Positions 16,320-35,750 of a DNA stretch of 64,000 nucleotides are shown here, in pieces (positions within the stretch are counted from its first letter, which is position 1; each line of letters begins with the position of its first letter). Location of the stretch: NCBI RefSeq assembly GCF_009914755.1, contig NC_060929.1. One strand, given 5' to 3'. The notes beneath the pieces are model-generated. The model was not told the DNA's origin, ran no database searches, and saw nothing but the letters and a program-made list of their open reading frames with translations. This DNA is from the human T2T-CHM13v2.0 reference genome, Homo sapiens. Both the position numbers and the translations under genes were made by a program.

Positions 16320-16504
16320 TCAAAGATTACGAAAACTGATTTTTACAAAATAGCCCCTTCTCTTCACTATCCTACTGCCACCATTCACCAGTAACTAATT
16401 TCAATTTTTGTAAGTTGTTTTCACTGATTTTACTTTTTTATTTCTAAGTAATGTGTACATACTGTTGTTGTCTCTTGGTTCATCTCAGTAGACATATCCA
16501 TTGA

Positions 16505-16975
<471 letters not shown>

Positions 16976-17506
16976 TAGTATGCAGTTTACTTCTGAGCCT
17001 AGTAGCATGATTATATATCCTTCCTTATGCAACTTGGTTTTTTCTGGGGTTAATGATTGCCTAATTTAAAGACAGTTTCTTAATTTTCTTTGGACAGCTG
17101 ACTATTTCCACACCCTCAACAGCTCTGTAAAATGATTTTCAATTAAACTTTATACAAAACATGTCAGATAATTAAAGAATTACATCACTGTCTGCCCTGC
17201 TTCAGTTCCAGACTCTTCCTAGTGCCCCCATGTTCCTATTCCAATCTGGATGGTTCCACTGTGGGTTTGTTGCTTAATTGTTGTATTGGAACTTCCATTT
17301 CCCATCACCTGGGAAATTCTTTTTGCCTCTCTTGGATCCTCTGTTTCTTCAATCCCATGTATTCCAAAATCCCAGTATCTTCCTCTTAATTTAGTTTTTT
17401 TTATGTGTGACAGTGTGTGTGTGTGTGTGTGTGTGTGAGTGTATGTGCATATATGTGAATGCTTGGACACATCCTTAAACAGCTTTCTAAGAAAGGCGAT
17501 TGGGAG

Positions 17507-17957
17507 TGTCAACCTTAAATAATGAGATTCAGAAAATATGATGAAGAGCAGAGTTTGTTTGAATGCAAGGCTTAAGGATGACCACCCGGGAACACTGACT
17601 CCAAACTAACAGGATCAGCATTCCGGAGTGGAGAAGTTAAGGTTTCACTAATACATGCAGAGACAGAGAAATTTTAGCAGATTACATTTTCCTTAAAAGA
17701 CCAGTGCATGCATTACAGTGATTTGATTGGTTATGGATTGTTACATTCCAAGGCAGATTACTTTATACTCTGTGAGAAGGAGTAGTGAGAGGGTCTTTTC
17801 TCTGGTGATATTTAATCTTCCTAATTATTTACAGAAGAAAAAAGGCAGAAGTTGCAGCTGCATGCGGCATGACTCAGGCCACATAGCCACATTCCTCTCA
17901 AGGCTCAGAATAATTTAAAGTTCCAACAGCTTTAAGTTTGAATTGTTTAATTTCACA
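17507..17957 (-). mobile_element. 3' LTR of the provirus
   Basis: TGTCAACC...AATTTCACA (rc TGTGAAATT...GGTTGACA), homologous to 31253-32030. Confidence 0.92.
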
Positions 17958-17969
17958 TTTCCCTCTTTT
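17958..17969 (-). other. Polypurine tract
   Basis: rc AAAAGAGGGAAA directly abutting the 3' LTR. Confidence 0.85.
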
Positions 17970-18117
17970 CATCGATCTTTTGAAGAAACCATCATAGATG
18001 ATGGTTTTGGTTCCTTTTAAGTTCAGGAGCTTAGTCCTGTGTTGCTGGGTGGGCTCATTCCTAGAGTGTCATATCCCATGGCAGGAGGAATTTGTCAGGC
18101 AATAAAACTGTTGGGGT

Positions 18118-18416
18118 GGCGGGGCAGTGGCTCATGCCTGTAATCCCAGCACTGTGGGAGGCTGAGGTGGGTAGATCACCTGAGGTCAGGAGTTCGAGAC
18201 TGGCCTGGCCAACATGGCAAAACCTCGTCTCTACTAAAAATATAAAAATTAGCCAGGTGTGGTGGCGTGCGCCTGTAATCTCAGGTACTCAGGAGTCTGA
18301 AGCAGGAGAATCACTTGAACTGGGGAGGCAGAGATTGCAGTGAGTCGAGATTGCGCCACTGCAGTCCAGCCCAGGAGACAGAGTGAGACTCCATCTCAAA
18401 AACAACAACAACAACA
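18118..18416 (+). mobile_element. AluS inside the provirus
   Basis: TSD AAAACTGTTGGGGT; (AAC)n tail. Confidence 0.95.
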
Positions 18417-18877
18417 AAACTGTTGGGGTGTAGGCTGAATTTAAAGCAACATGAAGGAAGTGATTTTGTGACCTGAGTCAGGCTACATAGTTGCATATTC
18501 AATTAATGCAATTCTTTGAGCAACCATTATTTTAGTTTTTTCAGTTGTATGTTGACTCCATTGCAAACAAATGCCACAGAAGTAATACAGACAAAAACAG
18601 AACAAAACACAACAAATGCTTATAATTCCAAGAACGCATAAGAGCTTCTGTGGCAAAGTTCCCCAAGATCTAAACCTGCTTCTTGGCCAATCATTTAGAG
18701 TGGGTGTAGGATCTTAAAGTTTAGTTATTTAGGTTTTCATGTCAGCCATTAATTTAATGATGTTATCTGATTCTTCCAGAACAGAAACACAACACTTCGT
18801 CTTTATGATAACATGGGTTCCCCGTGTATTATCACAGGGGATACAGTGAGTATCTTTAAAGCCATATGGTTCTGTAA

Positions 18878-19117
<240 letters not shown>

Positions 19118-19154
19118 TGACTCGCCCACCTCAGTCTACCAAAGTGCTGGGATT

Positions 19155-20150
<996 letters not shown>

Positions 20151-20536
20151 GGGTTACAGGCATGAGCCACTGCACCTGAACAATGCAGCCTTTCTCATAA
20201 GAGAAACTTTATTGTTTAATAACAAGATAATCATGAAACTATCATTTAATGTCTTTTTTGTGTAATTGGTTAAGGCCTTTACATGCCAAAGGACCTCTTC
20301 AATACCCCATTGTGGCAGAAAGATGGAAGCTAATTGATCATACCAATGAAATACAGAACAAACCCAATAAGATTATAAATGAAGAAGATTTGCAGGCTTT
20401 GTAATTTACAAGACTGTAAATTATGCAATCTTGTGCCCAGGCATAATGCAAAGAACACTGCTCTAATCATCCTGGGAGTAACCATGGCCATAGTTTGATG
20501 CCACATAGTCAAGATGTCCAGTTTGGAGCTAGCCAG

Positions 20537-21075
20537 TGTTGGAAATAAATGCTCAGTGCTGCAAAGAATCAGCCCTCCGGCAAAAAGCTTTCTCAGCAAG
20601 TGAATTTACCTCTGCAGAAAGGTGTCACTTGCGCCTGGCATGGTCACAAGAGCACACTGAGTGGGATAGGGCAGGGGTTTTTATCTCTAACGCAGCAGCT
20701 CCTGTAGCTGTGTCCTTTCCCCACTGACTGGAGTCAGACCACACTATCTAAGCTGACCCGGTTGGCTACTGTTTAAAATTGAACAGGGCTAATTAGGTGG
20801 GAAGGGAGAGGCTGTTTGTTACAGTACAAGGCATGTTTGGTCATGTTAGGGCACAGTAAAGGTGGAAGGATGTTTTGGTGGGAAGGACAATTGCAGAATG
20901 GGTAGTTGAGGGGATAGATGTGAATTACAGATTAGGGCTGGCGGGAAGGTTATTTACCATAACTAGGGGCAAGGAGAGGTACAAAGAATGAGGAAATTAG
21001 GCTTGAAAATAGAGAACAAGGAGCAAGGAAGCTGAACAAGCTGACTCTTTGAAGAGGAACTTACTGTATATAACA
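20537..21075 (-). mobile_element. LTR10-like (HERV-I group) solo LTR inserted in env
   Basis: rc start TGTTATATACAGTAAGTTCCTCTTCAAAG, end ...TTCCAACA; TSD CCAG (20533-20536 / 21076-21079). Confidence 0.82.
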
Positions 21076-21308
21076 CCAGTAAATACCTGTGCCCCTTCAG
21101 TGGCGTGTCAATCAATACTGTGTAATATAATGGTGTGGATGCACTGTTCCTTGAGTATCCATCCCATATCTCTTGTACTACTGGGCTGTGTATCCTTGGT
21201 GTAATTCTTTCATTCTCAACATTTAGGGGCAAGCTGACTGAGCTGACTGAATAGGGAGTAAGCCAGATAAAACCATCCCAAATTTGCGTTATACTTTCTT
21301 GAAATTGA

Positions 21309-23135
<1,827 letters not shown>

Positions 23136-23677
23136 CTATTAGTCATCATTAACATTAAACATTTTCCGGCAGTAAATGAGTTTAATAAAATTAAATATTC
23201 ATTTAGAGATACGGGCCTTGTCCAGTGTCTTGGGAAAGCTGACTACCTCAGATGTCATCTTTTTCTTGTTCTTGTTGGTTCTGGAGAATTTCCATTTTAG
23301 CTCACTGGTTTGAGATGAAGTCCAAATTGGCAAAATGGCTTTCTTTACATGGTGATGTATATCCAGGAATCATTGGTTGGCACAAGAATTTTTGGGGCAC
23401 CTGATAAGATTCCTTCCACCTCGATTGGTAAGAGTCCTTTAAAAGTAGCGTTTCCAATCAACAAAATCTCCTGGTTGAAGTCCATGGTCCTTGCGTTTTT
23501 TTGTCTCCTGGGAGCTCAGTGTGGAAAGAGTCTTTTACTAACTTACAGTTTTTAGTTAGCTGCCTTATAAGGCTACTGCAATAATAGAACATATCCCCTT
23601 TTAATATCATAGATTCACGGTTTCCTAGAGACAATTTAATAGGTGTGACTGTAATAATTTCAAATGGAGACAACTGA

Positions 23678-24090
<413 letters not shown>

Positions 24091-25733
24091 TGAGTTTTGG
24101 TGATTCTGTGTGTGCATTTCCCTGTCCCAGGTGACTGGGGGTGATAGGCACAATGGAAACATTGGAGAATGAGCAAGATTTTACATGCTGACTGGATTAT
24201 TTGTCCAGTAAAATGAGCACATCTGTCCACTGTCACTGTGAAGTTGTAAAGGGACTACCCATGTTGCGATAATTTTTTTCTAAAAGAATTTTACTTATCA
24301 CAAAGGCTGTTGCTCTTCTGCATAGAAATACTTCCACCCTACGACAAAACATACAAACCGTTACTAGAACCTACTTATATTCTTGTAATGGTGGTAGCTG
24401 AATAAAATCTAGTTGCCATACCTCAATTAGGCTTTCTGGTAAAGGAAAATGACCCGGAGAACTATGTAAAGGTTTCCCTGGATTATGTTTTGGACAGATG
24501 TGGCAGCAATTATATATCTTATGAGCAACAGTTGGAGATTTCTAATAATCTTGTTTCTCTCAAGCAATCATCTTATCAGGGCTCCAATGAGTTAAATCAT
24601 GCACATGAGTTAAGAAAGATAACTGTAATTTGGTTGGAAGCATAAGTAGACCATTTGGTCCATATCATAGCCCAGTCTCAGAGAAGTACATTCCCCCTTT
24701 ACTTACCCAATTTTCTTGTTCTGTTTTTGGAGCTTTGGATTGAGCTAATTTTATATCAAAATCAAGTGCTTTCTTAAAAGCTAAAATGGGTTTTCTTGTT
24801 CAGATGCGCTTAGTACAGCCCTTTTTGCTGTACTATCTGCTAATTGATTTCCTTTGCTTTATGAAATATTTGACTTTGAATGGCATGGAAACTTGACAAA
24901 GGGTAATAATTTGGGCAATAATATAGCTTCCAATAATTCTGAAATAAGGTGTCTATTTTTTGTGGACTGACCAGAAGAGGTTAAAAATCATCTTTATTTC
25001 CATAGCATTCCAAAGTAATGAGCTACTCTAAAAGCCTATCAGCTATTTGTATATATATATATTAGCAGTTGTTCCTTTTGCCAATTGACAGGTTTTAATT
25101 AATGCTATTAACTTTGCTTTTTGAGCTGAGGTCTCTCCTGGAAGATAAGCATTTTCTATTTCCTCAGTCAAGGATACTATAGCATCACCTGCATGGTAAA
25201 TTTCAGATCTACCCTTTAAGTAAGATCCATCCGCAAACCAAATAACATCAGCATTAGTAAGGAGGGTTTCTTGCAGGTCCATCCTAGGAGAGGAGCTGGT
25301 TGGTTAAGATTATGCAATCATGGTGTTTCATCTGAAGGCAGGGGCAGTTGAATTTAGAAAAATTTAGACTTTTACATCTGGAGATTGATTGGGGAGCAGA
25401 AAGAAGAACTTTTTATGAGAAGCCAGTCTACTAACTGAATAGTGTTAAATGTGGTGCAAGTTGAGAAGTGCTTCCACAGAATGTGGAATGAAGACTGAGG
25501 GGAGATCCTATCACTGTTTGTTTGGTCGCTGTAGGGACAGTAGCGGTTATTGCTGTCATGCAAGGTTGCAGTTCTTTAGCTGCGGGGTCCAGTTGTTGAC
25601 TATAGTATCCTACAAGTCTATTTTGATCTCCATGTTTTTGAGTCAGAATGCCTAAGGCAGTTCATGAACAAACAATGAAAATGAAATGTTACAATTCAGA
25701 TAACCTAACACTGGGGCATCTATAAGACTCTTA

Positions 25734-26016
<283 letters not shown>

Positions 26017-26207
26017 ATTTCCAATGTGAACTGATTTTCCTCTGTTCATTCCAGGGGATCTAGTTTACCTTATTTAAAAAGAGTATATAAAGGTTGAGTT
26101 TTTAAGGAGAAGTTTGGAATTCAGTTTCCTCAGTATCCTGTTAACTCCCAAAATTCTCTCAGTTGTTTCTTAGTTTTGGGGGTAGGGAAGGCCAATATTC
26201 CTTTTAT

Positions 26208-26500
26208 TCTTTTTTTTTTTTTTTCTTTTTTGAGAAGGAGTCTCACTCTGTCACCCAGGCTGGAGTGCAGTGGCGCAATCTCAGCTCACTGCAACCTCCG
26301 CCCCCTGGGTGCAAGCCTCAGCCTCCCGAGTAGTTGGGATTACAGGTGCCTGCCACCACGCTCAGCTAATTTTTGTATTTTTAGTAGAGACAGGGTTTCA
26401 CCATCTTGGCCAGGCTGAGTCTTGAACTCCTGACCTCGTGATCCACCTGCCTCGGCCTCCCAAAGTGCTGGAATTACAGGTGTGAGCCAACGCACCCAGC
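26208..26500 (-). mobile_element. AluS
   Basis: TSD CCAATATTCCTTTTATTCT. Confidence 0.92.
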
Positions 26501-27272
26501 CCAATATTCCTTTTATTCTAGCTGAATTGATAAAGAGGCTTTCCTTTGATATTAGGTAACTTAAATATCTTACTTGTTTTTGACAGAATTGAAGTTTTTT
26601 CTTTGAGGCTTTGTGTTCCTTTGAAACTAATCATTGTAATAAATAAATTCCATCCTCTATGGAGGTTTGTTTATCTCCTGAGCAGAGAAGTAAATTGTCT
26701 CCATACTGTATCAAGGTGCATTTCTTAAGGAAGTCAACATCTGAAAGGTCTGCTATTAATATTTATGAAAAATAAGTTGTACTCTCAGTATATCCCTGAG
26801 GCATAACTGTTCATGTGTATTGTCTATCTTCCCAAGTGAAGGTAAAGAGAAATTGATTATCTTTATCCACAGGAATGCTGAAGAATGAGCTACATAGGTC
26901 TCTTACAGTAAAGAACACACCTTCAGTTGAGATGGCAGTCAACACGTATGCAGGTTTGGTAACCATTGGATGTGAGGAATTACTATGTTATTAATTGCCC
27001 TCAGATTCTGTGCAAATCTCCACCCTCTACTGTTTGGAGTATGAGCTTCTATAAAAAATAATCAACCCTCTTTTCATATAATCCAATAGGTCTTATCCCT
27101 TCCTATGCCTCTGATCTTGGAGAATATTGTTTAAGGTTTGGAAAAGGTTTTGATGGATTTATTTGAATTTTAATTGGGGCAGCTAAGATAATTTTTCCAA
27201 TATTGGTGGAGAATTTTGACCACAATTGATCAAGTACTAGTTTTAATCTTTAAAAAAAACTTTTATTAATAT

Positions 27273-27376
27273 AAAATATGGAACATTTCATGAATTTGCA
27301 TATCATCTTCATGCAGGGGCCATGCTAATCTTCGCTGTCATCCCAATTTTATTATATGAGCTGCTGAAGGAAGCAC
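27273..27376 (-). pseudogene. Full-length U6 snRNA retropseudogene
   Basis: AAAATATGGAACATTTCATGAATTTGCATATCATCTTCATGCAGGGGCCATGCTAATCTTC...GCTGCTGAAGGAAGCAC is a diverged reverse complement of U6; 17-bp TSD TCAAGTACTA(G/T)TTTTAA (27230-27246 / 27377-27393). Confidence 0.93.
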
Positions 27377-27488
27377 TCAAGTACTATTTTTAACAGCTCT
27401 TGTTACATAATTCTTCATTATTTAACAATCTACTTTCCTTCATGACAATATTAATTGCTAGTTGTGATTTAAAAGCATCAGAATTTGA

Positions 27489-27835
<347 letters not shown>

Positions 27836-27839
27836 CTCC

Positions 27840-28190
27840 CCCCTTTTGAAAGAAAGATATGTGAGTATTATATAACTCTAGGAAATCTCTCCCTATCAGA
27901 CGGTTGGAGGCTGAGGGGGCAGAGAGGAAGACATGTTAGGTTCCCTCTAGGGGAGCTAACTGAAAAACTATAGGTTGAAATTGATATAGTGATACAGGAG
28001 TATTTGTTTCACCCATGATTTGTATTGGTTTTTTACTCTGAGGAATGTAACCTCGTAATAAGGTGAGATATATCACTGATAATGTAGCCACAGTGTCATT
28101 AAGAGTTTGTGTTTGGTCTCCATTTAAATTAATTCTAACCTTCCCTAAGGTATTTATAAGGAGGTAAGAAAAGGTCCATTTGGTTTCCTC
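27840..28190 (-). pseudogene. Retroviral protease remnant
   Basis: rc TLNDTVATLSVI (~28070-28105), a degenerate L-I-D-T-G-A active-site motif. Confidence 0.7.
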
Positions 28191-28814
28191 AGAGCATCCT
28201 TATTCTTTTTCTTTGACCTGTTGCTGTCATTTCCATTTTAGTTTTCTACAATCCATTTTGAAATATTCAGGCTTTTTGCAGTAATTGCAAAGCAGGGGAT
28301 TGGGTCAGTTTGGGAACTTTTTAGGCTGTTTAGGGGTTACAAATTGGTTGGACAATTGTTTTAATTGTAAACTCGTGATCTTATTTGCTTTTCCTCCCTG
28401 CTTAACTTCCCTTTCCTTTTATTTCTGGGTTAGGGTACAGGACATTTGATCAGCAAAATTAACTAGATCATGAGTTTGAGAGGTACCCCAAATAGGGCAT
28501 TGTCTTTTTGTTATAACTGCCAATTCTTCACCTAATCCACTTACAAAGCTTGAGTTAAGGAGAATATCATTTTGGTGATTAGTATAACTTTCTTCTGATA
28601 AGCCTGAATATTATTTAAATGTTTTTCAAATTTTTCATAGTATGACATTACGGCCTTATCAATATTTTATTTGCATTGTTGTATTTTGTTCCAATCTTTA
28701 GAAACCAAAGGGAATAGTGGCTAGTAAAACTTTGGCGGTATTGCAGACCCATTCATGATCCTCTAAAGGATTTCTCCAACTTGCCTTTGCTATCTAATCT
28801 TCGGCTTTAATTTC

Positions 28815-29114
28815 TTTTTTTTTTTTTTTTTTTTGAGACGGAGTCTTGCTTTGTCACCCAGGCTGGAGTGCAGTGGAGCGATCTCTGCTCACTGGAAGCT
28901 CTGCCTCCCAGGTTCACACCATTCTCCTGCCTCAGCCTCCTGAGTAGCTGAGACTACAGGCGTCCACGACCACGCCCGGCTAATTTTTTGTATTTTTAGT
29001 AGAGACAGGGTTTCATCATGTTAGCCAGGATGGTCTCGATCTCCTGACCTCGTGAACCACCTGCCTCAGCCTCCCAAAGTGCTGGGATTACAGGCGTGAG
29101 CCACATGCCCAGCC
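28815..29114 (-). mobile_element. AluY in gag
   Basis: AluY diagnostics; near-TSD GGCTTTAATTT / GGCTTTACTTT. Confidence 0.9.
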
Positions 29115-29212
29115 TGGCTTTACTTTGTAACACTAAATGTGAACCAACTGAAATAAATCAGAAAATCTAGGATTATAAGTGTGAATGTTTAATTCAAATT
29201 CTCTAGCAAATT

Positions 29213-29237
29213 GTGCTCACTTCGGCAGCACATATAC
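29213..29237 (+). pseudogene. Tailless, 3'-truncated U6 snRNA retrocopy (U6 nt 1-25)
   Basis: GTGCTCACTTCGGCAGCACATATAC (24/25 match to the U6 5' end) flanked by a perfect 17-bp TSD AAATTCTCTAGCAAATT (29196-29212 / 29238-29254). Confidence 0.92.
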
Positions 29238-29247
29238 AAATTCTCTA

Positions 29248-29484
<237 letters not shown>

Positions 29485-29727
29485 CTACTAGACATAGGGT
29501 ATTCCCAAAATGGAGTCAGAACAGCAGAAGGAGGAGGCAGAGGTGAAGGAAGGAAGGAAGGGAGGAAGGGAGGAAAGGAGGAAAGGAGGAAAGGAAGAGG
29601 GAAGGAGGGAGGGAGGGGTGAGGAGAGAGGGAAGGTAAGTCCAAACAAAGAAGTTTTGACAAAAGAGAAAGAAGAGCTGAAGAAGGAGAAATTTCAGCAG
29701 TCTTTTTCAATTTAAAAATTGTTTTAG

Positions 29728-30022
29728 GGCCGGGTGCGGTGGCTCACGCCTGTAATCCCAGCACTTTGGGAGGCCGAGGCGGGCTGATCACAAGGTCAGG
29801 AGATCGAGACTATCCTGGCTAACACGGTGAAACCCCATCTCTACTAAAAAATACAAAAAATTTAGCCGGGCGCGGTGGCGGGCACCTGTAGTCCCAGCTA
29901 CTTGGGAGGCTGAGGCAGGAGAATGGCGGGAACCCGGGAGGCAGAGTTTGTTTGCAGTGAGCAGAGATCACGCCACTGCACTCCAGTCTGGGCAACAGAG
30001 CGAGACTCCGTCTCAAAAAAAA
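29728..30022 (+). mobile_element. AluY in gag
   Basis: AluY diagnostics, CpG-rich; TSD AAAAATTGTTTTAG. Confidence 0.95.
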
Positions 30023-31231
30023 AAAATTGTTTTAGGCACTTTTGTTTTCTTCTTGCAAAGAAATGATTTTATCAGAACCTCTTTTGAAGCTTCCAAGTAC
30101 CACTGAAAATCAATCTGCCAGTTGCTTTATTTTATTTTAGTGCCAGCTTTTTCTAATTGAGTGTGCAAACTAGGTTAGGTACTTAAAAGTTACCCCCATT
30201 TGGCCATTATAATTTGGTCATTGTGAGTTATGTGAGACCATTTTTCTAAATATTTGCATATAAAAGTGCCATAAATATTAAAAATGAATCTAGCTGATGT
30301 TTCTAAGGGTGGATCTCTCCATAAGGAAGAAGACTCAGTTTTAGAAGTATGATTGCTCAGAATTTAGACTTTACTTTTGAATGACCAAAAAGACCTAGTG
30401 GGAGGTGTTTTGGATTGAGTGTGCTGATTGTGGGAATAGCTCTTCAAAGTATCACCCTGGAGTCAGTTCTTCTCGTTTATGTGTCTTGGTGGTCCCAAGA
30501 GACTTGAGTGCTTAAGGCACTAGGTGATCAACTTGTATGTGTGCTCACAGGATTAAGCAAAGTTCCCCATATATTCTTCTGAAGGGATTCCCTTTAGAAC
30601 AGTTTATGTCATGAGCGATAAGCTCCAACACTCCCTCAAGACCTTACTCACTAAAGGTGCCTTTTGGCTGGGAAAGACAATGTCTCTTATCCTCAGGACT
30701 TATCTTGTCCTCATAGAGAGCCTTTTGTAATATTGTCACTCAAAAAAAAAAAAAAAAGCTTAGATTTGTCAATTGAACCAAGCTTCAGAATCTGACCAGC
30801 TCTAAAGTTTATAAAATTTTCGCTTAAGCCACAGAGATTCACTTCCTCTTTTCAGAGAGAAACTGTTTTCTCCCTAACCAAAATTTGGTACAAGAGAAAA
30901 GGTTGGAAAACTCCAAGCAGTAGTTCCAAATAAAACCTTAAGCTCAGAGAAAAGTGAAAATCACAAATCTGCAATTATCAGAATCTCTAGAGAATAACAA
31001 ACCAAACTCCTACCTTGTTGTAGAACTTCAGTTCCAACCCCATTGAGTTAGGAATGTGTGTAATGCAAATAAAGTCTGCATCCTCAACCAATCCAGGAGA
31101 ACTCAAACTTGAAAGGGGCCTTACCAGAGATTTGCATAGCCTGTGAAGTCAGGAAAATGAAAATCATTTGTGCTGGTACCAAGGCTCAAGTTGTTGACAA
31201 AGCGATGAGGATTGCTGAAGTTCTGCTTCAA

Positions 31232-31249
31232 GTCCCATCATGGTCGCCA
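31232..31249 (-). other. Primer-binding site complementary to tRNA-Arg
   Basis: rc TGGCGACCATGATGGGAC, 3 nt inside the 5' LTR; 16/18 match to TGGCGACCACGAAGGGAC (tRNA-Arg-TCG 3' end, recalled). Confidence 0.8.
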
Positions 31250-31252
31250 AAA

Positions 31253-32030
<778 letters not shown>

Positions 32031-32364
32031 GGAGGTACATTTTTTGAAGACTTGTATGTGTAAAAATGTCTCTTTTCTACCCTTTTACTTGATAGCAAAT
32101 TTGGCTAAATATGTAATTCTTGGTTAAACAAAAAATAACTTTCCCTTGGAAATTTGAAGGTATATCTCCATTATCTTCTACCTTCTATTTCCATGAGAAG
32201 TTTGATGCCATTCTTATTCACAATCTTCTATTCATTAGTTTTCTGTCTCCACTCTATTTCTCCACTCCTACCAGAGCTTTTAGAGACTTCTGTTTATCCC
32301 TAGGGTTTGAAATTTTGTAATAATAAGTCCTTTGTTGTCACTGGTTTATGTTATTTGATGGGAA

Positions 32365-32789
<425 letters not shown>

Positions 32790-33075
32790 TAATACTTTTC
32801 TCCACCAGTCTTTTCTGTTCTCTTTCTGGCACTCCTATTAATTAGTTGTCAGGCTTCCTGGATTGAGCATCTAATTTCTTATGTTTTCTCTCTTATTGTC
32901 CAATTATTTGCCACTTTGCTCTGGTTTTGGATTCCCTAACTATACCCTCTACTTTACTATTGAGATTTTCATTTCTGCCGTCTAATTTTTATTTTCCTGA
33001 TGTTTTTGTTGTTGTTATTTGAATACTCTTAAGTTCATTTATATTTGAGAATGGGACACAGAAAAGCTGAGAGCT

Positions 33076-33359
33076 GGCCGGGCGCGGTGGCTCACGCCTG
33101 TAATCCCAGCACTTTGGGAGGCCGAGGCGGGCGGATCACGAGGTTAGGAGATCAAGACCATCCTGGCTAACATGGTGAAGCCCTGTCTCTGCTAAAAATA
33201 CAGAAGAATTGGCTGGGCTTGGTGGCGGGCGCCTGTGGTCCCGGCTACTCGGGAGGCTGAGGCGGGAGAGTGGCATGAACCCGGGAAGTGGAGCCGAGAT
33301 CGTGCCACTGCACTCCAGCCTGGGCGACAGAGCAAGACTCTGTCTCAAAAAAAAAAAAA
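33076..33359 (+). mobile_element. AluY
   Basis: TSD AAAAGCTGAGAGCT. Confidence 0.93.
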
Positions 33360-34084
33360 GCTGAGAGCTGTGTTTGTGAACAAGTGTGTCGAGAGTGATC
33401 AGGTGTGGGCAATGACCATTATCTCAGGGAACTCCCAAAGGCCAAAATGTGGAGGTCTTTTCTCTATGACTATTTAATTTCTCTAGAGGAGGAACCTGTA
33501 ATTTCTTGCCTACCTGGTAGATAACCTTGCTGCTGTCCTTCTGAGAGAGGAAGAGAGAGTTGGGGTAGAGATGGGAAGAATAATAGTCTTGTTTCTTCTT
33601 GATCATCCTACAGCAAAGAAGAAAAAGTGACAAGCCACAATAACAAACCTAGACTTCCCAATTATCTGTTCAATACCTCGCTTTAAAAAATATGTACATT
33701 TGTACAGATAATCAGGGACACTAGATATCTGTTTTTACATCAGTTCTGTTTTCAGCCCCACTTCTTACTCTTGTCCACCAATGTATGTCCACTCTTTGCT
33801 CCCAAAGTTCTTCAGGGTTCTATCACTCAAATAATCTTCCTTTTTGCCCATAATTTCCTCTGGAAACCCTTTAAGATATGCCTACCTCTCACTCTACATC
33901 AACAACCACTCCTTTGGTGTTCATCAACTGATAGCCCTTCTACCCTTTATATCATCATTTGGGCTTACATATTTTCCTTTCATTAGCTGTCATTACAGAG
34001 GAGTCTCAAAAGAGACAAAAAATAAACAAGTGGATCAACTATTTTTCATCAAAAATATTTAGAAACAATAAGATCTTTTTGTAG

Positions 34085-34424
<340 letters not shown>

Positions 34425-34509
34425 TAGTGTCTTAAGATTGCAGTCAAAGACAAATACTTTAACGAAAGCAATATTCTGTATGAAAGCATATATGCTAAGT
34501 TATTCATTC

Positions 34510-34640
34510 TGGCTTTACTACCTGCTAGTTATATGATTTGGAGCAAATTATTGGATCTCTCAAGAGCCTCAGTTTCCTCCACTTTAAAACGCAATTCATA
34601 ACACCTCAAGTATTGTCAAGAGTTATGAGCACATATAATA
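34510..34640 (+). mobile_element. MIR fragment
   Basis: GAGCAAATTATTGGATCTCTCAAGAGCCTCAGTTTCCTC core. Confidence 0.65.
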
Positions 34641-34965
34641 TGTTCAGTCAATATAAGTTCCCTTTTTGCTTTGAAATGAACAAGTAAAAGATGACAAGGA
34701 GTGATAAAGCTCATCAAGACTGGACTTCTTTGGTAAAAGCAAAGCTCAAAAGAGTAGGTTGATGACCACTTTACTTAGTGACATCTTACTAGGGGGTCCA
34801 TTGCAAAGAAAAGAGCATTTTCTTTTTGATGGGTTTTACTCAATTGTTTTCTTGTTAAGTGTTGCCTTTTAAAACCACACTGTTCCTTTCTCTTCCTCAA
34901 GCCATTTTCTCCCCTCTTTTTTCTGCTTCACTAGTCTTACTTGTTTGAAATAAAGAGAGATGAAG

Positions 34966-35750
<785 letters not shown>

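Noticed and set aside
25043-25282. RNase H-like ORF as a functional gene
   Set aside because: Short fragment of a pol broken by stops, frameshifts and Alus; the conserved Glu of the AQxAEL motif reads Lys
27273-27376. Functional U6 gene
   Set aside because: Many substitutions, including in the ACAGAGA box region; flanked by TSDs; the upstream flank is ERV sequence rather than a PSE/TATA promoter
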